A stretch of DNA of 64,000 nucleotides from Antechinus flavipes (lineage: Eukaryota): assembly GCF_016432865.1 (NCBI RefSeq), contig NC_067403.1, forward strand, positions 244,466,001-244,530,000, in the 5' to 3' direction. The notes under the pieces are model-generated. The model had not been told where the DNA came from. It ran no database searches and saw only the letters and a program-made list of their open reading frames with translations. Position 1 is the first letter of the stretch. Every line of letters starts with the position of its first letter. Below are positions 26,300-37,613 of the stretch, piece by piece. The position numbers and the translations under genes are program-made.

Positions 26300-26500
26300 T
26301 CTGGGAATAGAATCAAGAGACTTTAGTTCCCACATGTATCTCTACTGATTACTACCTATGTGAATATTGCAAAGTGCTATCATAGGTAGAAGAGAATGGA
26401 TGTTTGAGTAATACAAAGTTAATGATCGTTATACTTCCTGTCTCCTGAGAACATTATGAGAAAAATGAAGTAGCAGATAAAGGTTTTGATGATGTATAAT
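26300..26500 (+). mobile_element. MIR SINE (degraded)
   Basis: ctgggaatagaatcaagagactttagttccc...actacctatgtga...atacttcctgtctcctgagaacattatgag. Confidence 0.55.
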
Positions 26501-26669
26501 ATCATCCAGAGGACCAATGGCTATGAAACACAAAGATTTTGAATGGAAGTTCCAGGAATCTGAATAAGCTAAAAGAATAAAGTAGATTTAAAAACAATTA
26601 ATGTGGAACAAAAAAAAATAAGAATATACATGTTTTAACCACTACCACCATCACAACAATAATATGTAT

Positions 26670-27180
26670 GCATTTTGTGGGATATTTTTTCCTGCCATTT
26701 ACATTTTAGGTGCATTCAAGTGACATTAATGGAATAATTTGCTGAAGGTATATGAGCAATTAATATCTTCACTGCATTATTTAAAAGGTTTTCCAGAAAG
26801 GATGAATGATTTTACAACTATAACAAAGAATTTGCCTTCCTTAAATATCTCTAACTTTGAATTTTCACATGCTATATACTCTTGAACATTTTGGCCCCCA
26901 TAAAGAGAAATAGAGTTCATTTATTTTTTTCTTATTGTAGTTCTATTCTTTAAACCATTTTCTTCACATCTTTTTATATTTTGTTTAGTTTGGGATTGGC
27001 CTTACTCTTATAGAAGTGCCAATTGTTTGTTTCCTTTGAATATCTTTCTTTAATTATAGATGTTTAAGGAAAATACTTTATTTTCCAGTATTTCTTCTGC
27101 ATTGATTAAATTTTATTTAAAGCTCCAATCTTTCCTCTTTGCCTATTCATTGATTTTTTTTTTCCCCTTGTAACTGTAAA
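26670..27180 (-). mobile_element. Old L1 ORF2 3' fragment (antisense)
   Basis: aatttgctgaaggtatatg...ttccagaaaggatgaatgattttacaac...tctttcctctttgcctattcattga resembles the antisense ORF2 end seen at 57050-57400. Confidence 0.55.
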
Positions 27181-27249
27181 ATAATGAAAAAAAATTCAAA
27201 GAATATAGTATGGTCTATCTTTGTATATTCTATAATCATAATACAAACA

Positions 27250-28286
27250 TCTTATAAATGGTCAAAGGATATGAATAGGCAATTTTCATATGAAGAAATT
27301 AAAACTATTTCTAGTCATATGAAAGGGTGCTCTAAATCACTATGGATCTGAGAAATTATAAATTAAGGCAGATCTGAGGTATCACTACACAGCTCTCAGA
27401 TTGGCTAAGATGACAGGAAAGGACACTGATGAATGTTGGAGGCAGTATAGGAAATACACTAATACATTGTTGGTGGAGTTGTGAACTGATCTTACCATTC
27501 TGGAGAGCAATTTGGAACTATGCCCAAAGGGCTATCTAACTGTGTATATCATTTGATCCCGGAGTGTTTCTGCTGGGCTTGTATCCCAAAGACATCACAA
27601 AGGAGGAAAAAGGACCCACATGTGCAAAAATGTTTGCAGCATCCCTTTTTGTAGTGGTTAGAAACTGGAAGCTGAGTGGATGCCCACCAGTTGGAGAATG
27701 GCTGATTAAGTTATGGTATATGAATATTATGGGATATTATTTTTCTATAAGAAAAGATCAGCAGAATGATTTCAGAGAGGCCTGAAGAGACTTACAGTGA
27801 TCTTGAACAGACTTGAATTGATGCCAAATGAAATGAGTAAAACCAGGAGATGCCATGGTACATGGCGACAGCAAGAATATAACAAAACCAATTCTGATGG
27901 ATGTGGCACAATTCAGACCAATTCCAATGTCCTTGTGATGAAGAGAGTCATCTACACCTAGAGAAAGGATTTTGGAAACTGAGTGTGGGTCACAATGTAG
28001 TATTGTCACTTTTTTATTGTCGATTGCTTGCATTTTATTTTCTTTCTCTTTTTTTCCCATTTTGATTTGATTTTTCTTATGCAGAAAGATAATTTTATAA
28101 ACATGCATGCATATGTTAGACTTAACATAGATCTTTATTATATTTAACATTATATTGGGTTACTTGCTATCTAGGTGAGGGAGTGGGGAGAAGGGGAGGA
28201 AATTGGAACACAGGGTTTTGCAAGGGTTATGTTAAAAAAATATCCATTCATATATTTCAAAAATTAAAAAGCTTTAATAAAAAAAA
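27250..28286 (+). mobile_element. 5'-truncated L1 (ORF2 C-terminus + 3'UTR)
   Basis: ORF 27564-27785 (LLGLYPKDITKEEKGPTCAKMF...WKLSGCPPVGEWL) is the L1 ORF2 end; canonical 3'UTR ending gctttaataaaaaaaa. Confidence 0.92.
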
Positions 28287-28989
28287 CTGCCAAAAATAAA
28301 CATGTATTTGATCACAGAAGTAAAAGAGAATGATTTAATGCTATTGAGTGATTCCATGATTATATATGTATTTATGAAGATTATGTTACAGTTATGTAGA
28401 GACTAGTTTGGGAAAGTAGTGACAAGAAGCAAGAAATAAAATTAGTTGATATTTTTAGTAATCCATAAAAATCCTTATGGGACTACAACTAAAATAAAGA
28501 TTGTGAATAAAAAAAAAATGAAATGAATTGGAGAGATACTATAAAAGTAGAATAAATAAAATTTGACAGATAAAAACAGTCCATAGGAAAAGAGTAAAGT
28601 AGCATATGATAATCAACCTGAAGGACTTAATCAAGTTGATACTCTCAATAGGATTAAAAAAAAAAAAAACAGAAAAAAAGGAGAAATTTTTAGGGAAACA
28701 AAACTTACTCTTCCTCCAAAACACATAACTATAATTGCATTTTGGCCATGGAATAAGGAAAACAAATGGTTTTAGGATTAAAATAACAATAAAATGATCA
28801 AATTGTTAAAGTAAATCAGTCTCTTTCTCTTTCTCTCCCTTTTTCTCTTCCCTCTCTCCTTCCCCCCTCCATAAATTTTCTTCATTTTTGTCCCTTAATA
28901 TACATAAAAGAGATTTGTTCATGAGAGAATGAGATGTCTTGTAGGATATTTCTGACAGGCTTTAAAGTAGAGGGAAAGAGCTTACTTTG

Positions 28990-29225
28990 CCAACCATTAT
29001 GCAAAGCACATTACGATCATTGTTCGTTTGATTCTCACAAAAATGAAATAAAAACTAAAATTTAGGTACTATTATTTTCTCCATCTTGCAGCAGAATAAA
29101 CAGCTAAATGGAGACAAAGTGACTTGCCTAAAGTCACATAATTAATACGTGTCTCAGTATAGATTTGAACTCAGGTCTTCCTGAATCCAGCACTGGTGCT
29201 CTACCTACTAGACCACCAAGCTATT
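28990..29225 (-). mobile_element. MIR-like CORE-SINE
   Basis: aagtgacttgcctaaagtcaca...atttgaactcaggtcttcctgaatccagcactggtgctct. Confidence 0.75.
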
Positions 29226-31019
29226 TTAGAGACAACATCTTGTTTTACATCAATTTATAGCATATACAAATGTGGGTGATATTTTGAATTTAATTTTAAG
29301 AGAAAGAATAATCATCTTTCATGCATTTGCATGAATGGAGAAGAATTGATGACTCACAATCTTTTGCAAATTGTTTATTTTAAAAACCACAACAGCAATA
29401 TGAATATATTGTATCATGAACAGACATGTAGCACCAAAAAGTGTTCTGAAGCATTTTGCAACTGTGTTATAAAACGAAGATGCTGTGAATATCATTAATT
29501 GTATAAATTAAGAACCATCATATCCTCATTGTTTTTCATTTTGTGCAGAAAGGAACAGTGAGAGTATTATCCTTCTCACCTACATAATTGTTAGATTTTC
29601 TTATAGCAGAGCTATTATTCATCTATTTTACTTGTTATATTTAATAATTTTATCATTCTTTTTTATTTTTAATTATTTCATTCTGAATAAGTAATAATAG
29701 CATATTTAGCAGAAATTTTCATTATTCAATAAATTGATGGCATAATTAACAGATACAATTATTTTAATACATATTCCATGTTTATACAAGATAAAGTGAG
29801 TAAATTACATTTTAAACTTCACAACTGAGAAAAATATTAAGGACTTTGTGATCTTATATATATTCTTATTAGAAAATGGATTATCATTGGACAAACTGTT
29901 AAGAAAGACATAAATAAATGATTAAAACTATAGATGTTATTTTCAATAAATATTTCCTGAAATTTTCAAGAAAAAATAACTGGGCATAGTAATTTAGATA
30001 TCTCTATAAGTACAAAAAGAACTAATAAGTTCATAAATTACATTTGTGGTTTTGAGTACAGGACATTATCTTCCATATGTTTTTAATAGGAAATAAAATG
30101 GAAAGTAATAATTTTTTTTCCCAAGTATGCCTTAACTTATAAACTATTTTCTGAATCTTAAAATAATCTAAAAGAATTCAATTACATGGGACTTCCCCAT
30201 TCTTTTAAGACTATTTAAATTTCTCCTTCTATGAAGCCCACTGACCAATTCAGAAGAGCTCTAAAACTTATGTATGATATATACTGTTATTTCATAAACA
30301 TAGATTTCTCCTTTTTTAAAAGCAAGGTTTCATTAATAATTCCTTTGCTTAAACAACTTTGTTTCTTTTAATTTCCTTTGGGAAAGGTAAAAGAATAAAT
30401 ATTTAGTCAGAAGTAATTTAAATGTGAATCTTTTTTTCAATTACTCTCTATTGTAAAAGATATTCAGTAGTTTTATACTGAGAAAATGGGGGAAAGTAGC
30501 AAATTTATGTTATGGATTGAATTACTTATTTGTTGTTGTTGTTTCTACACTTAAAAAAAACAATTCAGAACACTAACCAGAATGGTACTTGAGAGCCAGG
30601 ATGTAAAAGCATTCAACTAGGTTCTTATAAAATAGAAGACTCATTAAGAAAATAAAGAATGAATATATAGAAAAGAAAATTAAATGAAGAGATTGAAGTA
30701 ATGCTATTCAATTTTTCATTAAAAAATTATAGGTGGTAAAAAGAAAATTTTCCACTCTGGGCAGTAAGATGTTTAAAAACTCCAACATATACCACCCTCT
30801 TTACTGATTATTATTTTTTTTTTTCTGATTCTTAATTTTAACACAAGAGAGAGACGGGGAGGGGGGGGCAAAAGAAGAGAGAGAGGGGAATGAGAGGATA
30901 CATATACGAGTGTAAAAACAAAAACATTCAATAACATTTTGCATCACTACTGATTACCTTTTCCCTTGTAACTTATCTCTAATTCCTCTACATCTTTATT
31001 TTATTATTTGTTTGTTTAG

Positions 31020-31153
31020 GTGAGACAATTGGGGTTAACTGATTTGCTTAAAGTCACACAGCTAGTAAGTGTCAAGTTTCTGAGGTGAAATTTAAACTCA
31101 GATCCTCCTCACTCCAGGACCAGTACTTTAGACATGGCACCAGCTGGCTACCT
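31020..31153 (-). mobile_element. WSINE1-like short marsupial SINE
   Basis: gagacaattggggttaactgatttgcttaaagtcacacagctagtaagtgtcaagtttctgagg...ctcagatcctcct matches the reverse complement of the WSINE1 structure; T-rich tail to the left. Confidence 0.8.
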
Positions 31154-31215
31154 CTTCTCTGTCTTTAATCAAATTGTTCTACCTCCAAATCTGTTTGCCT
31201 ACTTATAAAGGAGAT

Positions 31216-31403
31216 TTTTTTTTTAATAATAACTTTTTTTATTGACAGAACCCATGCCAGGGTAATTTTTTACAACATTATCCCTTGCATTCGCTTCTGT
31301 TCCAATTTTTCCCCTCTCTCCTTTCACCTCCTCCCCTAGATGGAAAGCAGTCCTATATATATTAAATATTCGCAGTACATCCTGGATATAATATATGTGT
31401 TCA
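31216..31403 (-). mobile_element. Very short 5'-truncated L1 (188 bp) with 12-bp TSD
   Basis: Poly-T, ttttattgacagaacccatgccagggtaa 3' end; TSD tataaaggagat at 31204-31215 and 31404-31415. Confidence 0.92.
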
Positions 31404-31694
31404 TATAAAGGAGATCTTAATATTATCTTTTAGAAAGAATATTGGACTAGATCTCTGTTATTCCCTCTTTTCACCACAATTATCTCTGTGATTTGGATCA
31501 AGATGCAGAAGCACAATTTTCTGTATTAGTCTACTGGTGAAGTTGGTGAATTGTAGAACAATATATTGACTATTTGAGAAAGTCATATGAAGTTCAATAA
31601 TGATAATATTTTTCTAACTATATTTTGTAAAATACAAAGTGGGAGAAAAACACAGTGTTACTTTATTACTTGGCCTAAAATTTAAACTGCATGT

Positions 31695-31695
<1 letters not shown>

Positions 31696-31736
<41 letters not shown>

Positions 31737-31746
31737 AGAGAGAGAC
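31696..31746. repeat. (CA)n(GA)n microsatellite
   Basis: Perfect compound repeat. Confidence 0.95.
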
Positions 31747-31849
31747 ATGGTTTCTTTTATTTTTCCCTCTTTTGATATCTATATAAATGTTAGAGATATT
31801 AGAGAGGGGAGAAAATGCATATCTAAATAGAGCCTACTATATATTACAC

Positions 31850-32045
31850 ATGGTTCTAAAACTACCCACTATTATTTCATTTAATCCTCATGAGAATCTA
31901 TAACTGTCATCCTCATTTTACAAATGAAGCACAAATTAAATGATTTGGCCACACAATGCTATTTAACTAATGAATATTTGAAGCCAGACTTAAGGTCTAA
32001 GCTTTCTTATTTCAGAAATCAGAACTCTATTCACTATGTCACTTA
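31850..32045 (-). mobile_element. MIR SINE
   Basis: catttaatcctcatgagaatc...cctcattttacaaatgaagc...actctattcactatgtcac. Confidence 0.7.
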
Positions 32046-32351
32046 ATTCTGTGTGTGTAGGTGTGTATGACAGGGAGTTCTAACTCTATAATATACAGAT
32101 GCATGCTTGCAATTCTTTATATATATATATATATATATATGTTAACATATACATAAATACATACACATATGTATTCAATTATGTACAATATTTATTGTTC
32201 TCTCAACGTGCTGATGTAATTATGATAATATTATGAATAATTTTCAGTAACTTCATTACCTATTCTTAGGTAGGTGGAACTCTTTGATAGGAAGGAGATT
32301 CTTATAGGAACCTTTTATTAAAATGGCAGAATTCATGACTATCAAGATTTG

Positions 32352-33296
32352 TTATTTGCTGAATAATCCAATCCACTTAGATAACAATTTCTTTACTGCC
32401 ATAATGACATCCTTATTCCTCAGACTATATATTAGGGGATTAAACAACGGAGTCACTGTTGTATAGAAAAGAGAGAGCACTTTTTCTCTCCCTCCTGATT
32501 CTCTGGATTTGGGGAGCAAGTATGTAATAATAGCAGACCCAAAAAATAAGCCTACAACAATAAGGTGGGAGGAACATGTAGAGAAGGCTTTGGATCTCCC
32601 TGTAGCTGATGGAAGTTTCATGATAGTTTTGATTATTTTAATATAGGAAATAAATATCAATAGAAATGGAAACATTCCAAAGAGCACAGCATTAGCATAA
32701 ACTGGAAATTCATTAAATAAACTGTCCCCACATGTTAGTTTTACTAAGGGAGGAGCATCACAGAAAACATGATTGAGCTTATTAGAACCACAGAAGGGAA
32801 GAGAGAAAATCTCATATGTCAGCGCTGCTTGGACTAGACTTGCGCTTATCCAGGAGCCAATCACCAACTGGACACACATTTTGTAATTCATGATTAAAGG
32901 ATAATATAGAGGCCTACAAATGGCCACATAACGGTCATAAGCCATCACTGCCAGGAGGAAGCACTCAGTACCTCCAAGAATCAGAAAGAAGCCAAGTTGT
33001 ATAGCACAGGTTGAAAGAGAAATATTTCCCCTTTGTGTCCAAAGGTTTACCAGCATTCTAGGGAGAGTCACTGAAGTGTAACAGATTTCCAAAAAGGAAA
33101 AATTCCCAAGGAAAAAATACATGGGTGTTTGGAGAGCAGGGTCAGACTTGGTTATTATAATGATAAGTCCATTTCCTTTCAATATGCTCATATAGATTAT
33201 AACAAAAATTCCAAATAAGAGCTCTCGAAGATTTGGAACATCAGAAAATCCCAGAAGAATGAATTCCTTTATATCAGTGTGATTTTCTCCTGCCAT
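32352..33296 (-). CDS. OR10AG1-like: Olfactory receptor, OR10AG1-like (OR-3), 314 aa, intact ORF with Lys in TM1
   Basis: NHT glycosylation site, LQTPMYFFL, LGGTECFLL, MAYDRYVAICRPL, KAFSTCSSHL, PLFNPLIYSLRNKDV. Confidence 0.95.
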   Translation of the reverse strand: MAGENHTDIKEFILLGFSDVPNLRELLFGIFVIIYMSILKGNGLIIIITKSDPALQTPMYFFLGNFSFLEICYTSVTLPRMLVNLWTQRGNISLSTCAIQLGFFLILGGTECFLLAVMAYDRYVAICRPLYYPLIMNYKMCVQLVIGSWISASLVQAALTYEIFSLPFCGSNKLNHVFCDAPPLVKLTCGDSLFNEFPVYANAVLFGMFPFLLIFISYIKIIKTIMKLPSATGRSKAFSTCSSHLIVVGLFFGSAIITYLLPKSRESGGREKVLSLFYTTVTPLFNPLIYSLRNKDVIMAVKKLLSKWIGLFSK

Positions 33297-33519
33297 TGTT
33301 TCTGCAGGTTCTAAATGAAAAGATAATGACTCAATGATGTATTAGTCAGGTCCTTACACTGGATCTCACTTTTGCCCAGTTAATTAATGAGTTTACATTA
33401 AATAATAGTTCTCTTCAGTTCTTTAATACTCTAAATACGACTCCTTTAAATAATATAGAATGTAGACAATATAGAAATAACAAGTTTCTAATATTTGATT
33501 CAATATTAATAATAAACAT

Positions 33520-33680
33520 AATAATAATGATAAAGGACCTATTTATGAAGTTCCAAAACACTGTGCACAAGTCCCCAGATTTCTTTCTAAGTCATAGTGG
33601 GATAATAACTTTTTCTCATTTTTAAAATCTGAATCTCACCTAGGATAAGAAGATTGGGTACATATGACAATAGGAATAAC
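33520..33680 (-). mobile_element. MIR SINE
   Basis: aataataatgataaaggacctatttatgaagttccaaaacactgtgc...ctcatttttaaaatctgaatctc is the reverse-complement MIR tail and core. Confidence 0.55.
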
Positions 33681-35111
33681 AGAAACTATGGCAAACTGAA
33701 AATCAGTAAATTTGTCCATGGAATCTCTACATCTTAATTCCATTAAATGAGATGTACAAGTATATCATCATGAACTTCCTCACTGCCATCATTCTTACAA
33801 TTATATCATCATCAGATTTAACAATTAATTAAAAAACTTCTTCAATTCCATAGAAGATTTACTACTCTCCATATTTTTGTTCAATTTACAAAGTTATTTT
33901 ATGGTGCTCTGCAATAGATTGCCAAATATTAAGGGACCATTTTTCTTAGACTACTGTTATATATGATTCAACAAGAATGTTGGAATAATATAATGAATAG
34001 CAATCATGGCCTATGATAGAAGTAGCACAATCCTTCCTGTGTTAACAATTATAGTCTTCTGATCTACAAATCATCAATTACGATTTCACAGCACCAATTA
34101 AGAAGTATGTTGTCTGTTTCTTGATGGAGATGGGATGAACACACAATATAAAATAAGATATAGATATATATGTGCTCGTGTTTGTATATATAATTATACA
34201 CATAACACACACACCTGTATTTCATATATGTATATGTACATGTTGGTATGCTAGGTTTTTAGTTAATGACAGCATGGCTGAAATAATCATGACATATGTG
34301 TTACACACATATAAATGTATATGTACATTTATATGTGTGTATACACACACTTAAACAGGCATGTGTATGAGTGGATGTGTATATCCTATCTCTGCCTATA
34401 TCTGCATGCGCACATGCAAAAAATGAGGTAAAATCTTTAATTATCCATATTTATTAGAACATACTTCTAATAGAATTCATTTGAGAAAAAAAATTTTTTT
34501 TGTTTCTGGAAAATAAATTGATTTATAAAAAATTCTATGGTGGAAATAACTTATTGTTCTCACATTCTATCTATCTATCTACCCCAATATGTCTTATTCA
34601 ATAAAAAGCCAAATTCTTTCCTAATATCCTTTATGTATCTGACATTCCAGTCCCCTCTAGCTCAATGTTTCTAGGATTGCATAATTCTGGGACATTTAGA
34701 TTGCAATAACTTCTGTGAAAACAAACCAGGAATTCTAACAATGAAAACAATATGTAAAATATATTCATTCTATAACACTTATATCATCTTTATAGGGTAT
34801 GAAGTTTATTACTACTAACAGAAAATATCTTACAGACCATGTAGCTGAATCCCTGATGAATCCAAGAAAGATATCTGAGGTTCAAATAGGTAAAAATTAA
34901 CCAAGTAATGTTGATTTGCAATCCAGGATTCTTTCTATTGCACAACTCTATCTCTCTTTAATTAGAATGTAAGCTTCTATTCATATCTGTCTATTTATCT
35001 ATCTATCTAGAAAGATAGCTATCTATATCTATATAGGCACATACATCCAAATATACATATATACGCATATTCATACATGTATACACATGTGTATGTATAT
35101 GTATACATGTC

Positions 35112-35181
<70 letters not shown>

Positions 35182-35200
35182 AAGAGAGAGAGAGAGAGAG
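35112..35200. repeat. (TA)n(GA)n microsatellite
   Basis: About 10 TA units followed by more than 30 GA units. Confidence 0.95.
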
Positions 35201-36422
35201 GGTGATTTATTAAAAAAAAAATCCTATAGTGGAAATAATGTGTTCTCACATTCTATCTATCCCAATATGCCTTATTCATTAAAAAGCCAAATTATTTCCT
35301 AATGTCCTTTACATATCTGATATTCCAGTCCCCTCTAGCTCAATGTTTCTAGGATTGCATAATTGCATAAAAACATAGCAGATAGCTTAATGAATGCTTA
35401 GTGTTTGATTGATAGTGTCAATCAAAATACAATGTACAAAACAGAAATATAAACACAAATTTATAAAATTACAAATCAACAAATAAAAACAGCTAAATTT
35501 TTATTTCCCAAACCATAACTCATTATTTATCATACTTTTTTCTGTCATATTTTTAATTCTGCTATTCTCAATCCATAATAGTTTTTCATACTGATTTGAT
35601 CCTGCCTAAAATTTGGCACTCCAGAATAACCCCATTTATTTTACCCTACTCTTTGTGAATCTTTCTCTTACCATATGAAATCAATTAAAGTCAATTAAAC
35701 TTATATTCCCAGAATTGTTATAACACTTAAATTGCNNNNNNNNNNNNNNNNNNNNNNNNNNNNNNNNNNNNNNNNNNNNNNNNNNNNNNNNNNNNNNNNN
35801 NNNNNNNNNNNNNNNNNNNNNNNNNNNNNNNNNNNNNNNNNNNNNNNNNNNNNNNNNNNNNNNNNNNNAATAATATAGAACAATATAGACAATATAGAAA
35901 TAAGTTCCTAATATTTGATTCAATATTAATAATAAGCATAATAATAATGATAAAGGGCCTTTTCTTTTTCTTTCTTTCTCTTTCTCTTTCTTTCTTTCTT
36001 TTTTTCTCTTTCTTTCCTTTGGTAGTTCTTCATCCCTAAAGATCCTTGTTACTATATTTCATAAATACGTATTAATATTTACATATCACCTACATACAAA
36101 TATTTTCCTTAAGGCAAAGAAGATGGAGTTTTGGAAAGAAAGAACTCAAACATACCTTTCTAGATTGACACAAAATAATACATCACTTTGTTCTTTGAAG
36201 ACCATACAGGATATAACATATATTGACTTAAAGATATACAATAAACTAAATGCATATGCATTTAATCATTAAAATCCTCTACCCTGCCTGTGAAATAAAA
36301 AACAGTGATTGATGTTCTTCTTAAAATGCCATTTTATTTAAAGGCACTTGAGCTGCTTAAGTTCAGAAGATTCTTCCTCTTCTATGACCTTCGGGGAAAA
36401 TGCCCTTTCTGTACTATTTGAC

Positions 36423-36436
36423 ACTTTTTAATGAGA
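36423..36436. promoter_or_regulatory. Homeodomain OR promoter motif ACTTTTTAATGAGA upstream of OR-3, with nearby O/E-like site
   Basis: Identical 14-mer to 8985-8998; O/E-like accctggaga at ~36487-36496; minus-strand donor AAG|GTATGT at 36155. Confidence 0.6.
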
Positions 36437-37259
36437 AGCCAATCTTGTCTTTTTAGGACCAAGTCCAGCCGTTTTAATAAGGTGATACCCTGGAGAGAAC
36501 CCTGTGATTAGTTAGGAAATCATGGTTCTGAATTTGTTTGTGCTGATTACTGACTGTAAAATTGGTGGGAAGCAGTTTCACATAACTAGGGCACAAATTC
36601 ATATGTAATAGCATGAAAAGGAATGAAATGACTTCTGAAATCTTTATATTTGTTGATCTATTACAATAAAATCATAAAATTAATTATGAAAATAGAAGTC
36701 ACTGATTAATAGCTCTGTTAGTGACAACTTACCTTAAAAACTGAAGTACTAACTTCAGTAATAGAAGTGCCAATTATCATTATGTTTGAGTATTTTGGGA
36801 AAACAATAAGGATATTTTTATTAAAGTATTTGCCCTCATCACTACTGTAGCAGTACATTATTTAGTACCTAAATGAGTATAGTGTTTGCCTTTGACCTTG
36901 ATAGGATACACAAGTGCATCTGTAATGTAGTATAGAAAAGAGTAGTGATAAAAGAATTTAGTTTAGTTNNNNNNNNNNNNNNNNNNNNNNNNNNNNNNNN
37001 NNNNNNNNNNNNNNNNNNNNNNNNNNNNNNNNNNNNNNNNNNNNNNNNNNNNNNNNNNNNNNNNNNNNNNNNNNNNNNNNNNNNNNNNNNNNNNNNNNNN
37101 NNNNNNNNNNNNNNNNNNNNNNNNNNNNNNNNNNNNNNNNNNNNNNNNTCAGATAGAAAAGAAATGAAACAACAACAAACATCAATTTGTAATAAAAGGG
37201 AAATAGTTAAGTAAAATAAATAAGTGTATCTGTGTCACTGTGGATGTAAAGCTTAACAT

Positions 37260-37613
37260 TATAAAGAGCTGAAACTCTTGAATTGATGCATTGAGGTCGG
37301 ACAACTGAACACTTAAGGCAAATTACCAATTGGAAAATACTCTATTAGCATATGCTTGGAAAATGGCCCTTCCCACTATTCTGTGCTAGTTCAATCTTTT
37401 GGTGTATACAGAGAATTGTGGGAAGGATTAGGGGGTGGAGTAAGACAATCCAGAATCACTTGGCCAGTGGAGGTAGAAAAGGAAGGTCGTTGAGATCCTC
37501 TGTCCATTCCCTTCACTTCTACTCCTAAAGACCAAGAATAAAGACCAAGGATTTTTGCTTATCCTGACTTCAGCTGATTCTAAAGTATCCAGGGTGCTAA
37601 CTCGGTCTTCACA
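37260..37613 (+). mobile_element. Solo ERV LTR (354 bp) with 6-bp TSD
   Basis: TSD taacat at 37254-37259 and 37614-37619; ends TA(TG mutated)...CA; AATAAA at 37537-37542. Confidence 0.85.

Noticed and set aside
23882-35426. 16-nt exact match tgtttgattgatagtg (23882, 35402) and the 9-bp hairpin at 35404-35426
   Set aside because: The match coincides with an L2-type 3' tail (ttgattga repeats); it is short and likely coincidental.
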